This document shows, piece after piece, positions 1 through 8,325 of a DNA stretch of 18,313 bases. This stretch comes from Oculatellaceae cyanobacterium bins.114 (GTDB lineage: Bacteria > Cyanobacteriota > Cyanobacteriia > Elainellales > Elainellaceae): contig JANRJA010000089.1 of NCBI GenBank assembly GCA_033764315.1, forward strand, positions 1 through 18,313, read 5' to 3'. Positions within the stretch are counted from its first letter, which is position 1. Each line of letters opens with the position of its first letter. The position numbers and the translations under genes are program-made. The notes beneath the pieces were generated by a model. It searched no databases. It was not told the origin of the DNA and was given only the letters and a program-made list of their open reading frames with translations.

Positions 1-411
1 GAAGTTACTCGACTCCTTGTTAACTGTTACCCCTGTCCGCTGCACACTTTGGGGCAACTGAGGTTCAGCAGCAGATACTCGGTTTTGCACATCTACCGCT
101 GCAATATCGATATCTCGTGAGGAGTCAAACGTAACGGTAATGGTGCTTGTGCCACTATTGCTACTGCTAGAGGTCATGTAGCGTAAGCCTTGCACCCCGT
201 TGATTTCCCGTTCCAGAATATTAGTGACGCTGCTCTCTACCCCTTCGGCATCTGCCCCGGTATAGATGGCATTGACGGTCACTTGAGGAGGAGAAATTTC
301 AGGGAACTGGGAGATCGGCAGTGTTGGAATGCTAATCGCACCCAGAATCAAAATGATTAAAGCGCAAACTGTCGAAAAGACAGGACGCTTAATAAAGAAA
401 TTGACAAACAT
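1..411 (-). CDS. RND efflux permease (AcrB/HAE1 family), 5' part; runs off the window start
   Basis: Manual translation from ATG at 411: MFVNFFIKRPVFSTVCALIILILGAISIPTLPISQFPEISPPQVTVNAIYTGADAEGVESSVTNILEREINGVQGLRYMTSSS..., the classic AcrB N-terminus. Lies directly downstream of an MFP gene. Not in the ORF track. Confidence 0.95.
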   Translation of the reverse strand, partial: MFVNFFIKRPVFSTVCALIILILGAISIPTLPISQFPEISPPQVTVNAIYTGADAEGVESSVTNILEREINGVQGLRYMTSSSSNSGTSTITVTFDSSRDIDIAAVDVQNRVSAAEPQLPQSVQRTGVTVNKESSNF

Positions 412-426
412 TGGGGCTGATGGGGT

Positions 427-590
427 GAGGAGAGCAGGAGGAAATTCAAAATTCAAAACTTTGAATTTTATTGAGGAAACTGAGGAGCGGGAGTTGGTGG
501 GGCGTCAGAGGAGAGCAGGAGGAAATTCAAAATTCAAAACTTTGAATTCTACTGAGGAGGCTGAGGTGCAGCAGTTGGGGGAGCATCTGT
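427..590. repeat. 81-bp-period tandem duplication with a 41-bp identical core
   Basis: GAGGAGAGCAGGAGGAAATTCAAAATTCAAAACTTTGAATT at 427-467 and 508-548. The flanking 468-507 is a diverged copy of 549-588. Confidence 0.95.
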
Positions 591-1964
591 CAGAGGCATA
601 ATGGGAATCCCGTCCGCTAGGTTTAACACGCCAGAAACGACAATTTGTTCGCCAGCTTGAAGACCTTCTAAAACGTGATAGCTATTGCCTTGAATGTCGC
701 CTAACTTGACCTCACGCTGACGGGCAATCAGTTGAGGCTGTCCTTCCGCAGGTTGCCCTGCTGGAGGTTGCGATCGCTCTGCCACAAACACAAACGTCTG
801 ACCCCCCAACCGGGAAATAGCTGCTGAGGGCACGAGCACACCAGGGGTCTCATTCCAAATCACACGAGCACGAACGAATTGCCCTGCTAACAACCGTTCA
901 CCAGGGTTCGCAAAGCGAGCTTTGACAAGAATGCTTTGAGCAGCACTGTTGACTTGAGGCGAAATGAAGTCGAGCTGACCTGTCGCGATCGCCTTGCCTT
1001 GAATATCTAATAATTCAACCCGTTGCCCACTTCGCATGTCTGCTCCACGCTCTAGTGGAATCGCGATTTCCAGTTCTAAATCTTGGCTTTGGGTCACACT
1101 AGTCACCTGGTCACCCGCTTGCACATAGTCACCCAGCTTGACTGGAATATCACCAACGGTGCCTGCAAAGGGAGCACTAATCACCGTGTCTTGCAGTTGA
1201 GCATTGGAGGCGGCAGCATTGGCTTGTGCCTCAACCAGAGCAGATTCAGCCTCGGCAAGATTAGCACGAGCCGCTTGAATTCGCCGATCGACAGCATTTA
1301 ACTGAGCAATGGCAGCGTTGCGATCGCGGGCAATCGTATCGAGCCGTTCTTGCGCGAATGCCCCTTCTTCAACCAACGTTTCGATACGACGATAATTTTG
1401 ATTCTGCAATTCGACATCTGCTACATTGGCCAGTCGTTCAGCTTGCAGTGCCTGCAACTCAGAAGCAGCATTAGCTCGAATCGCACGAGCCGAGTTGACA
1501 CTGGCGAGCACACTGGCATATTCAGCTTGTCGCTGATCAGCACTGAGTTCTACCAGGGGTTGCCCTGCTCCAACGCGATCGCCCGGTCTGACAAAAATCC
1601 GACTAATTCGCCCATCAATTTCTGACCCTAGCTCTACTGAGTTGCGAGACTCCAGAGTGCCAACAAACTCAGACGCTTCCTGCACATTTGCAGTTTTCAG
1701 AGTCTCCAGTTCAACCGGGGCAGCTTGTGCTTGTGCGGCTCCAGGAGCACCCCCGACCTGCCCCGCCGACCGACTACGCCACCACTGCCAACCAAACCCC
1801 AGACCCACCAAGACGAGAAGTACTGTGAGCGCAGTCAACCAAGGGCGACCCCGCCGAGGAGAGGGTCGATAAGGAACAGTGAAATCAGAATCGCTAGACG
1901 TTTTAATAGCAGAAGTGGACGGACTACCGTCAGGTGCCTTATTAGACGGTTCAGGAGGTGTCAT
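549..1964 (-). CDS. RND efflux periplasmic adaptor (membrane fusion protein, AcrA/HlyD family)
   Basis: N-terminal TM anchor (WLTALTVLLVLVGLGFGWQWW), lipoyl halves (GRISRIFVRPGDRVGAGQPLVEL; ISAPFAGTVG), long coiled coil, C-terminal GLQAGEQIVVSG. ATG at 1964 has GGAG upstream and is preferred over the TTG at 1985. Confidence 0.93.
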   Translation of the reverse strand: MTPPEPSNKAPDGSPSTSAIKTSSDSDFTVPYRPSPRRGRPWLTALTVLLVLVGLGFGWQWWRSRSAGQVGGAPGAAQAQAAPVELETLKTANVQEASEFVGTLESRNSVELGSEIDGRISRIFVRPGDRVGAGQPLVELSADQRQAEYASVLASVNSARAIRANAASELQALQAERLANVADVELQNQNYRRIETLVEEGAFAQERLDTIARDRNAAIAQLNAVDRRIQAARANLAEAESALVEAQANAAASNAQLQDTVISAPFAGTVGDIPVKLGDYVQAGDQVTSVTQSQDLELEIAIPLERGADMRSGQRVELLDIQGKAIATGQLDFISPQVNSAAQSILVKARFANPGERLLAGQFVRARVIWNETPGVLVPSAAISRLGGQTFVFVAERSQPPAGQPAEGQPQLIARQREVKLGDIQGNSYHVLEGLQAGEQIVVSGVLNLADGIPIMPLTDAPPTAAPQPPQ

Positions 1965-2046
1965 GGGTTTCTCCAAGCGACTCAACGGTTAGGCTCTCTA
2001 ATATTGAAGGAGCATCGTTTAAAAAACTTCACCCAAGCGGGCTAAC

Positions 2047-2097
2047 ACAAAACTCCAAGTTTTGATTACAAAACTCTAGTTTTTGATTACAAAAACG
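2047..2097. promoter_or_regulatory. Tandem 21-bp palindromic repeats upstream of the efflux operon (candidate operator)
   Basis: ACAAAACTCCAAGTTTTGATT (2047-2067), ACAAAACTCTAGTTTTTGATT (2068-2088) and a partial third copy. Each full unit contains AAAACT-N2/3-AGTTTT. Confidence 0.5.
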
Positions 2098-2226
2098 TTG
2101 ATGTAGCGGAAATCCACGAAGTATCGAGTGCAGGAACTAGATTCAGGAGATTATAGCGTTAGCCTGAACTGAGAATAGCTACTCAACTGACTGACCTGAG
2201 AGTAAACGAGTAGACGATACATTTAA

Positions 2227-2255
2227 AGTAGCCAATAAACAGAGTAGCCAATAAA
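2227..2255. repeat. 13-bp direct repeat with 16-bp period
   Basis: AGTAGCCAATAAA at 2227-2239 and 2243-2255. Confidence 0.8.
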
Positions 2256-2483
2256 TACTGATTTCAAAAGAATATTAGTTACTGATTTCGTGTACTTAAT
2301 CATACTGCACAGTATCCCTCATTTTCTTCAATCTCTGTTGAAATCAAAACGTAATTCAGCACTCCTTCCAGACAAGTTGGTTTTGCCTCAAAGCTGAATC
2401 TTGCCCCTGTTTTGATCAGGGTATAGCAACTTGCTCAGACGAGACCCTCCTAGCAGTACGCAGAGCCGTTTTGAGCCTAAGTC

Positions 2484-2503
2484 TTTGTAAATTGCATTAC
2501 AAA
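2484..2503. promoter_or_regulatory. Putative NtcA binding site
   Basis: TTTGTA-AATTGCAT-TACAAA matches the consensus TGTA-N8-TACA (GTA 2487-2489, TAC 2498-2500) with A/T flanks. A -10-like TATAAA lies at 2508-2513. Confidence 0.6.
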
Positions 2504-2769
2504 ATGCTATAAAGGATATAGAGAAGCGGTTATTGAAACTGCTTATGGTTGGTCTGTGGTGTTTCATCGACCACGATGATTATTAGACCACCTGACAAAA
2601 GATTAATCCTGCTGCTTGAGTTCACTCTACATAGGGTTGTCAGTATAGGTTTCTGGGTTTTTTAAAAATCCGGTACCATGTTTTGTGATTTTTTGAGCTT
2701 AGGACGCTTATTTCTGTTTCAGACATCAGGTTTCACTAACGAGACTGCCACAAAAGGTAAAGGTTCTTT

Positions 2770-2973
2770 ATGCAATATTTGCTGATTGACGCTCACAAGA
2801 GATTTTTAGGCACATTGGACTCTAAAGAAACTCTAGTTGTAGGAGATACATTTCAAAACGACAGTAATCAAACCTATGCAGTGGTAGGTTTAAACTGGTC
2901 TCCTCAACGTAATCGTCAAACTCAATCTCTTACTGTTATTCGAGTTAATTCTCAACGCGCAGAGAACAATTAA
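2770..2973 (+). CDS. Small hypothetical protein (67 aa)
   Basis: ATG start with AAAGGT upstream, globular beta-rich composition, no overlap with other genes, strong terminator hairpin about 100 bp downstream. Confidence 0.7.
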   Translation: MQYLLIDAHKRFLGTLDSKETLVVGDTFQNDSNQTYAVVGLNWSPQRNRQTQSLTVIRVNSQRAENN

Positions 2974-3071
2974 GCTACATTCTAAAAAGCTATGTTTTGT
3001 ATCTTACTTTTAAAACTTGCAAAAGTAATTTTATTAACATAGCTCTTAAAACTAATTCTGTATTTGTTTAT

Positions 3072-3104
3072 CAGGGTGTAGGAGTTCCTACACCCTGTTT
3101 GTTG
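3072..3104 (+). terminator. Rho-independent terminator-like hairpin
   Basis: Perfect 12-bp inverted repeat CAGGGTGTAGGA-GT-TCCTACACCCTG (3072-3097) followed by TTTGTT, between the convergent small ORF and rnd. Confidence 0.7.
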
Positions 3105-3132
3105 CATTCTTTTTGTTCTACTTGTTGCTGCG

Positions 3133-3196
3133 TGTGTCCGTCACTGCATGTGTCCGTCACTGCATTTGTTCGCCACTGAATGTGTTCGTTATACTC
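3133..3196. repeat. Four 16-bp tandem units, progressively degenerate
   Basis: TGTGTCCGTCACTGCA x2 (3133-3164), TTTGTTCGCCACTGAA (3165-3180), TGTGTTCGTTATACTC (3181-3196). Confidence 0.85.
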
Positions 3197-3227
3197 ATTC
3201 TCCAAATTCGAGCTACTGATCAGGCTG

Positions 3228-3275
3228 CCTTCGACTGCGCTCAGTCAGCGTCCCCTTCGACTACGCTCAGGGGAC
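3228..3275. repeat. Two copies of a small dispersed repeat (CCTTCGACTRCGCTCAG)
   Basis: Copies at 3228-3244 and 3254-3270. The second is closed by a GTCCC/GGGAC stem. Resembles cyanobacterial small dispersed repeats (reverse complement CTGAGCGYAGTCGAAG). Confidence 0.7.
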
Positions 3276-3410
3276 ATCTGTAGAACTACTTTAAGGAATT
3301 GGTATTACTGCATGTGTCACGGCACTTGTTGCCGCACAATACCCAGCAGCACAAACATAGCTTGCTAAGCGAAGTGCAACAGGGTTACTAGGTTTAAGCA
3401 GAAGTTTTTA

Positions 3411-4040
3411 CTAATGCTCAAAAATGCCCTGATATTGCAAGAGATCTAATGCGACAACAGTAGGTAAACACGCAAAGCACTGTTCTGCGAGGTTCCAGCG
3501 TTGTTCTCGCTTGAGCATGTCTGTCAATTTTTGCCGAACCGATAGCAAATAGCGCACGTCACCACTGGCATAACGGAGTTGATCAGCTGAGAGATTAGCA
3601 GAGTTGCCCCAATCTGAACTTTGAGCCGTTTTATCAAGTTCAATTTGCTCTAACTCTAACACCAGTTCTTTTAAACCATGTTTGGGGCTATAGGTGCGGG
3701 CGAGTTTACTGGCAATTTTGGTGCAAAACACAGGGTTAACTGCAATGTTTAGGTGATAGCTCAACGTCGCCAGGTCAAACCGAGCAAAATGAAACACTTT
3801 CACAAGTTGCTGATGCTCAAGTAACTGCTTGAGATATGGAGCAGAGGTCTGTCCTTGAGCAATGCGAACCACCGTTACATGCCCCTGGGGATCACACAGT
3901 TGCACCAAACAAAGGCGATCGCGTTGAGGCAGTAACCCCATTGTTTCAGTATCAACTGCCACTTGATCAGATTGCAAATATAGCTCTAACAGATCTTGCG
4001 AAAGGTCGCGATCGCACAATTGAAAGGAGTCAGATTCCAT
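3411..4040 (-). CDS. rnd: Ribonuclease D (DEDDy 3'-5' exonuclease, short form without HRDC domain)
   Basis: ExoI VAVDTETMGL, LCLVQL, ExoII KVFHFARFD, ExoIII SDW...QLRYASGDV. Confidence 0.92.
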   Translation of the reverse strand: MESDSFQLCDRDLSQDLLELYLQSDQVAVDTETMGLLPQRDRLCLVQLCDPQGHVTVVRIAQGQTSAPYLKQLLEHQQLVKVFHFARFDLATLSYHLNIAVNPVFCTKIASKLARTYSPKHGLKELVLELEQIELDKTAQSSDWGNSANLSADQLRYASGDVRYLLSVRQKLTDMLKREQRWNLAEQCFACLPTVVALDLLQYQGIFEH

Positions 4041-4042
4041 GC

Positions 4043-4633
4043 TTAATTTCGACGACTACGAACAAAAATTTGGGTGAAATAATATTGTCCCTGACTATTG
4101 CGAGCTACGCCAATCCCAGTCAAATTATATTGCCCTTCAATGTTCTGACGATGCCCCTGACTGTTGAGCCATCCAACGACAGCCTGCCGACCCGGATCAC
4201 CAAAACCCTGATTGGTCGCCACATTTTCAGCAATGCTGTTCCAGGCGATTGCGCGGTTGATCACCGTTCCTCGTTGATTAAACCCATCATGTCCAAATGC
4301 CACGCGACCTGCCGCCATCGCCTGACTGTGCGATCGCGCCTGTTCACTCATGCGAGGGTCTAACGTCAGAGGTGGCAAGCCCTGATCTCGGCGATGTTGG
4401 TTAATCTGTGTGTGAATGGCTTGTTCTAACGCCTCAGTTGAGGTGACAGAAGCACTGGGAGAAGGTTGGGGAGGCTGTTGGGCACTAACGAGAGCGATCG
4501 CGCCCTGTCCAACAACCATGCTAATGGTTATGAAAGCGATGTAAAACCGTTTTGTCAAAGGAGACACCCAGGTTGTGCCCCAGCCAACCTGACGTTTGAG
4601 CATCCAAGAAGCTGCATCTACAGAAAATTTCAT
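4043..4633 (-). CDS. CAP/SCP-domain exported protein
   Basis: N-terminal hydrophobic segment, INQHRRDQGLPPL, ARSHSQAMA, AENVA, WLNSQGHRQNI, TGIGVA, YFTQIF. Start may be the downstream ATG (MLKRQ). Confidence 0.9.
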   Translation of the reverse strand: MKFSVDAASWMLKRQVGWGTTWVSPLTKRFYIAFITISMVVGQGAIALVSAQQPPQPSPSASVTSTEALEQAIHTQINQHRRDQGLPPLTLDPRMSEQARSHSQAMAAGRVAFGHDGFNQRGTVINRAIAWNSIAENVATNQGFGDPGRQAVVGWLNSQGHRQNIEGQYNLTGIGVARNSQGQYYFTQIFVRSRRN

Positions 4634-4717
4634 GTATAACCCATTTCGTCATCACATCAATAGTGATCAAGACGCAGAATGGCTATACAAAGGTTTCTGC
4701 TCAACTGCTTAAAGCTC

Positions 4718-5968
4718 TCACGTCAAATCGAGAATCTTGGCAACCGTTTGCACATCCTTATCACCACGACCTGAACAGTTAATCACAATGCGAGGATTGC
4801 CTGTGAGTTGAGGACAGAGTGTATCCAAATAGGCGATCGCATGAGCTGTTTCTAAAGCAGGGATGATGCCTTCTAAACGAGAGAGCCGCTGCAACCCTTC
4901 GAGAGCCTGTTGGTCTGTCACACTGTAGTATTCAGCACGTCCTGAATCTTTCAAGAAGCTATGTTCTGGCCCAACCCCTGGATAATCGAGTCCAGCACTG
5001 ATCGAGTAAGGCTCAATCACCTGACCCTCTCCATCCTGCAACAGATAGCTCATCGCTCCGTGCAACACACCCACCCGTCCACGGGTCAGCGTTGCTGCGT
5101 GCTTCTCAGAATCGACACCTTCTCCACCAGCCTCAATGCCAATCAATCGCACAGTCGCTTCATCAATAAACTCATGAAATAGCCCCATTGCATTAGAGCC
5201 ACCCCCCACACAGGCAAGCAGGATATCAGGCAGCCCACCCCACTTGGTTTGGCACTGCGATCGCGTCTCTTCACCGATGATGGCTTGAAAGTCTCTCACC
5301 AGCATGGGGTAGGGATGTGGCCCAGCCACCGATCCCAAAATATAGTGAGTCGTCTCTACGTTTGTAACCCAATCTCGAATTGCCTCAGAGGTGGCATCTT
5401 TCAGCGTTCCTGTACCTGCCTCAACAGGGCGCACCTCTGCCCCCATCAACCGCATCCGAAAGACATTAAGGGACTGCCGCTCCATATCATGGACGCCCAT
5501 GTAGATAATGCAAGTCAAGCCAAACCGAGCACAGACTGTTGCCGTTGCCACACCATGTTGTCCTGCCCCCGTCTCAGCAATAATGCGTTGTTTACCCATG
5601 CGCTTGGCTAACAGCACTTGACCCAAAGCATTGTTAATTTTGTGGGCACCCGTATGATTTAAGTCTTCTCGCTTGAGATAGATCTGCACTCCACTGCCAT
5701 CGGGACGGGCATAGTGTTGAGTCAAGCGTTCTGCAAAATAGAGCGGACTGGGTCTGCCAACGTAATCTCGCATCAACCCCTGCAACTCCTGTTGAAACTC
5801 AGGATCGTCGCGATATTGATAAAAGGCAGCTTCAAGTTCGCTCAGCGCAGGCATCAACGTTTCGGGAACATATTTGCCACCAAACTGACCAAACCGACCG
5901 AGGGAGTCAGGCCGCTGAGGGGATGATTCAACCGAAGCAGAATGAGTAGAAAGGGGAGTCAGAGTCAC
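4718..5968 (-). CDS. trpB: Tryptophan synthase beta chain
   Basis: [25 protein letters not shown] (PLP lysine), [41 protein letters not shown]. Confidence 0.99.
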   Translation of the reverse strand: MTLTPLSTHSASVESSPQRPDSLGRFGQFGGKYVPETLMPALSELEAAFYQYRDDPEFQQELQGLMRDYVGRPSPLYFAERLTQHYARPDGSGVQIYLKREDLNHTGAHKINNALGQVLLAKRMGKQRIIAETGAGQHGVATATVCARFGLTCIIYMGVHDMERQSLNVFRMRLMGAEVRPVEAGTGTLKDATSEAIRDWVTNVETTHYILGSVAGPHPYPMLVRDFQAIIGEETRSQCQTKWGGLPDILLACVGGGSNAMGLFHEFIDEATVRLIGIEAGGEGVDSEKHAATLTRGRVGVLHGAMSYLLQDGEGQVIEPYSISAGLDYPGVGPEHSFLKDSGRAEYYSVTDQQALEGLQRLSRLEGIIPALETAHAIAYLDTLCPQLTGNPRIVINCSGRGDKDVQTVAKILDLT

Positions 5969-6161
5969 GGTGCTATCAACAATGGGGTAGAAATGTGCAG
6001 GTAGTCTTCATTATACGAGGTTGCGATGGGTCAGTTGAGGGGAATTGCAGACTTGGGATGAGGGGTCAAGCGCGATCGCCAACCCCATCAAGTCATTCTC
6101 TGAATTTCAAGAATCAATCATAATTAGACTGGACTGGTTGACCTGTGTTTTTGGTACTGAG

Positions 6162-6533
6162 ATGGCTTCTAAACGCACTTCTTCCCAAGGCTCTAACTCA
6201 AACTCTGACTCACAACGAATTGTTTATCGTGAGTTTGGCAACGCTGAATCTGCTAAAGCACTAGAGCGGGGTGTGCCAGATTTACCACCCAATCAACAAC
6301 AGGTCAGAGTACAAGCCTCCCGCAAAGGGCGTAAGGGCAAAACGGTAACGGTGATTAGTGGCTTTCAAGCCAGCCCAGAAACGTTAGCTTCCTTGTTAAA
6401 ACAACTCAAAGCTCAGTGTGGTGCCGGGGGCACGCTGAAAGAGAATGAGATTGAGATTCAAGGGGATCACACCCAAAAATTGGCTCAAGTGCTGACCCAG
6501 CTAGGTTATAAAGCGAAAGTCAGTGGAGGGTGA
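6162..6533 (+). CDS. SUI1/YciH-family translation initiation factor
   Basis: RKGRKGKTVTVISG, LKQLKAQCGAGGT, IEIQGDH, C-terminal GG. ATG at 6162 is preferred over the TTG at 6045. Confidence 0.93.
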   Translation: MASKRTSSQGSNSNSDSQRIVYREFGNAESAKALERGVPDLPPNQQQVRVQASRKGRKGKTVTVISGFQASPETLASLLKQLKAQCGAGGTLKENEIEIQGDHTQKLAQVLTQLGYKAKVSGG

Positions 6534-6543
6534 AGAGATGAAA

Positions 6544-6588
6544 AGGTAAAGGCAAGCCGTTTTACCTCCTGCTTTTTTAGCTTTTTTA
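6544..6588 (+). terminator. Possible terminator after SUI1
   Basis: AGGTAAAG...TTTTACCT stem (6544-6567) followed by T tracts, between convergent genes. Confidence 0.45.
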
Positions 6589-6645
6589 CAGGTATTTAGT
6601 TTGAGAATTCGGTTTCCTCTAGAAAAGCAAGAGCTGAGTGAGTTG

Positions 6646-7821
6646 TTAGGTTAATCGAGCCAGGTTGTTTTGTACGGTTTGCCGCAGATGTTCCACCAGG
6701 GTAGTAATGGTGGTTGGGCGATCGCTCTGATATTGCTCAAAATAAGTCTTTAGATTGACTGGGTCACCCACATGCATCAACACGCGGCGATAGCCTTTAG
6801 GAATGGGTTGGTCAATCTTAAAAACCGCTCGTTCTAGCCGAATTAAGGTGTCTAAAAACCGCTCTGAAGTTGGGTTAGCCGCCACATATCCATCATAGAT
6901 AGCATCAAAATTAAGCAGTCGTGCAGTCGCTTGATTTAAGCTCTCATACGTCCAACCGTCCTCTGGGAGGTGTTCAGCGTGCGCCTCCAGCGTATGTTGA
7001 ATCCGGTAGACTCGTTCTCGCAACAAATCTTTAGGGGCAGGAGTAATCTGTAAGGTCTGTTCACACCGCTGCAAAACATGGTCTTTGATGCGTAAAATGC
7101 GATCGCCCCTTGAAAGGGATTCATCAACTCCGACCCGTAGCTGATAGTCCTGTTCCATCGTCAACAAGACGCGATCGGCAATTCGCTCTAATCGAGCATA
7201 AAAATCGCCCTCCGAACTTAGGTTGAGGGTCTTTTCTAGCCGCAACAGAGTGTTGTGAATGATCGGAGTCATATCACCGACATAGCGATATTTCAAGCTA
7301 ATTGGCACAACATATAAATCGGGGACAGGTTCTCCTTGTTTGACCAGTCTTGTCATGGCTTGCAGTGCGACTTGCACCGCACCCACCCGAAACGGCATCA
7401 CCGTATCGTTTTGAAAAGAACAGCCCCCCTCTGGGAAAATCACCAGGCGACAACGGGGTTGCATGAATAGCTCCAGCGTTTGCATCACACTAGAGCGATC
7501 GCCCAAACCGCGCCGGATCGAGTAAGCCCCCATCTGTTGCAAGAACCACCCCCCCAACCCGTGAAAGCGTTCATAGGCAGCGAGATAATGAAATGCCTCA
7601 CCCAATCTATCTGACAGTAAAAACATAGAAATCCAATCCTGGAACGTAGGATGGTTGGGTAATAGCAACACCCGATGATCTCGCAGTGCCAGGAGCTGTC
7701 GTAAACAGTCAGGCTGAACCTCCAACCTCATGTTGTAGTGTATGTGTCCGATGAGAGGCGAGAATAACTGGCATCCCCGCACCAATGGCAGATTGAGTTG
7801 AGGTGGATAAAACTCTGGCAT
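6646..7821 (-). CDS. Phospholipid/glycerol acyltransferase (PlsC-like superfamily, long form)
   Basis: HX4D motif NHPTFQD, GAYSIRRG, IFPEG, VPISLKY. Confidence 0.88.
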   Translation of the reverse strand: MPEFYPPQLNLPLVRGCQLFSPLIGHIHYNMRLEVQPDCLRQLLALRDHRVLLLPNHPTFQDWISMFLLSDRLGEAFHYLAAYERFHGLGGWFLQQMGAYSIRRGLGDRSSVMQTLELFMQPRCRLVIFPEGGCSFQNDTVMPFRVGAVQVALQAMTRLVKQGEPVPDLYVVPISLKYRYVGDMTPIIHNTLLRLEKTLNLSSEGDFYARLERIADRVLLTMEQDYQLRVGVDESLSRGDRILRIKDHVLQRCEQTLQITPAPKDLLRERVYRIQHTLEAHAEHLPEDGWTYESLNQATARLLNFDAIYDGYVAANPTSERFLDTLIRLERAVFKIDQPIPKGYRRVLMHVGDPVNLKTYFEQYQSDRPTTITTLVEHLRQTVQNNLARLT

Positions 7822-8325
7822 ATCAGGCAGTTACCCCAATCATTATGTTTAGCTATAGCAGCAGGTAAACCTGTATCCATGAGTATATGAGCTTATTGAA
7901 ATTTGAAGTTTTGAGAGCCTTTGACAGTTCTCATACGGCTTTAGACGGACTTTAGAATCCATTGAAGTGCAGGAGGGTCTTGGCAGGGTAAGCCCCTACA
8001 AAATCTGGTGTGGTCACAATTCAAGTGGCTACCAGAGGCATCCTGTCGATCTTTAAGGTGGTTTTAGTGGGAATTTAGCTCCGTTTTGCAACCTGACTGA
8101 CACACTTTTCTTACTTTTTATGTAGAACTCAACATCTCTTTTGAAGAACTACGGGATTCTAGAAGAAGTTGCAGGTTAGTTCATTCGGAAGTCACATGAT
8201 GCTCCAAAGGGTGCCTAAGAATTCACATACCCTTTATCTCTTGGATCTCCTGAGCCATTGAATGATTCTTAGATCTAAATGCCTTCAGGTTTAGCCCCAA
8301 GATTTTCACGTTATAGGCTAACAGC

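Noticed and set aside
329-601. 90-aa plus-strand ORF with an internal repeat (RRAGGNSKFKTLN twice)
   Set aside because: Antisense to both RND genes; the peptide repeat is a by-product of the 81-bp duplication.
2391-2720. Known riboswitch (c-di-AMP, c-di-GMP, glutamine) ahead of the 67-aa ORF
   Set aside because: Only isolated fragments (GCTGAATC, GGACGC) are present, without the remaining conserved elements.
3076-3084. GTGTAGGAG resembling the 5' motif of Yfr2 sRNAs
   Set aside because: It is one arm of a perfect terminator-like palindrome, and no GGAAACA motifs follow on that strand.
3133-3270. Possible CRISPR mini-array
   Set aside because: The 16-bp units abut with no spacers, the 17-bp pair has only a 9-bp gap, and there are no cas genes.
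2997-3368. Two ~60-aa Cys-rich plus-strand ORFs
   Set aside because: They run through a terminator and DNA repeats, have no clear RBS, and the cysteines come from TGT/TGC-rich repeats.
4718-5968. trpB without an adjacent trpA
   Set aside because: trp genes are normally dispersed in cyanobacteria, so this is not unusual.
6045-6161. N-terminal extension of SUI1
   Set aside because: TTG start within the divergent trpB promoter region; ATG 6162 gives a normal-length protein.
7959-8028. Decayed REP-like element (…AAGCCCCTAC with weak flanking inverted repeats)
   Set aside because: The left arm is too degenerate to define boundaries with confidence.
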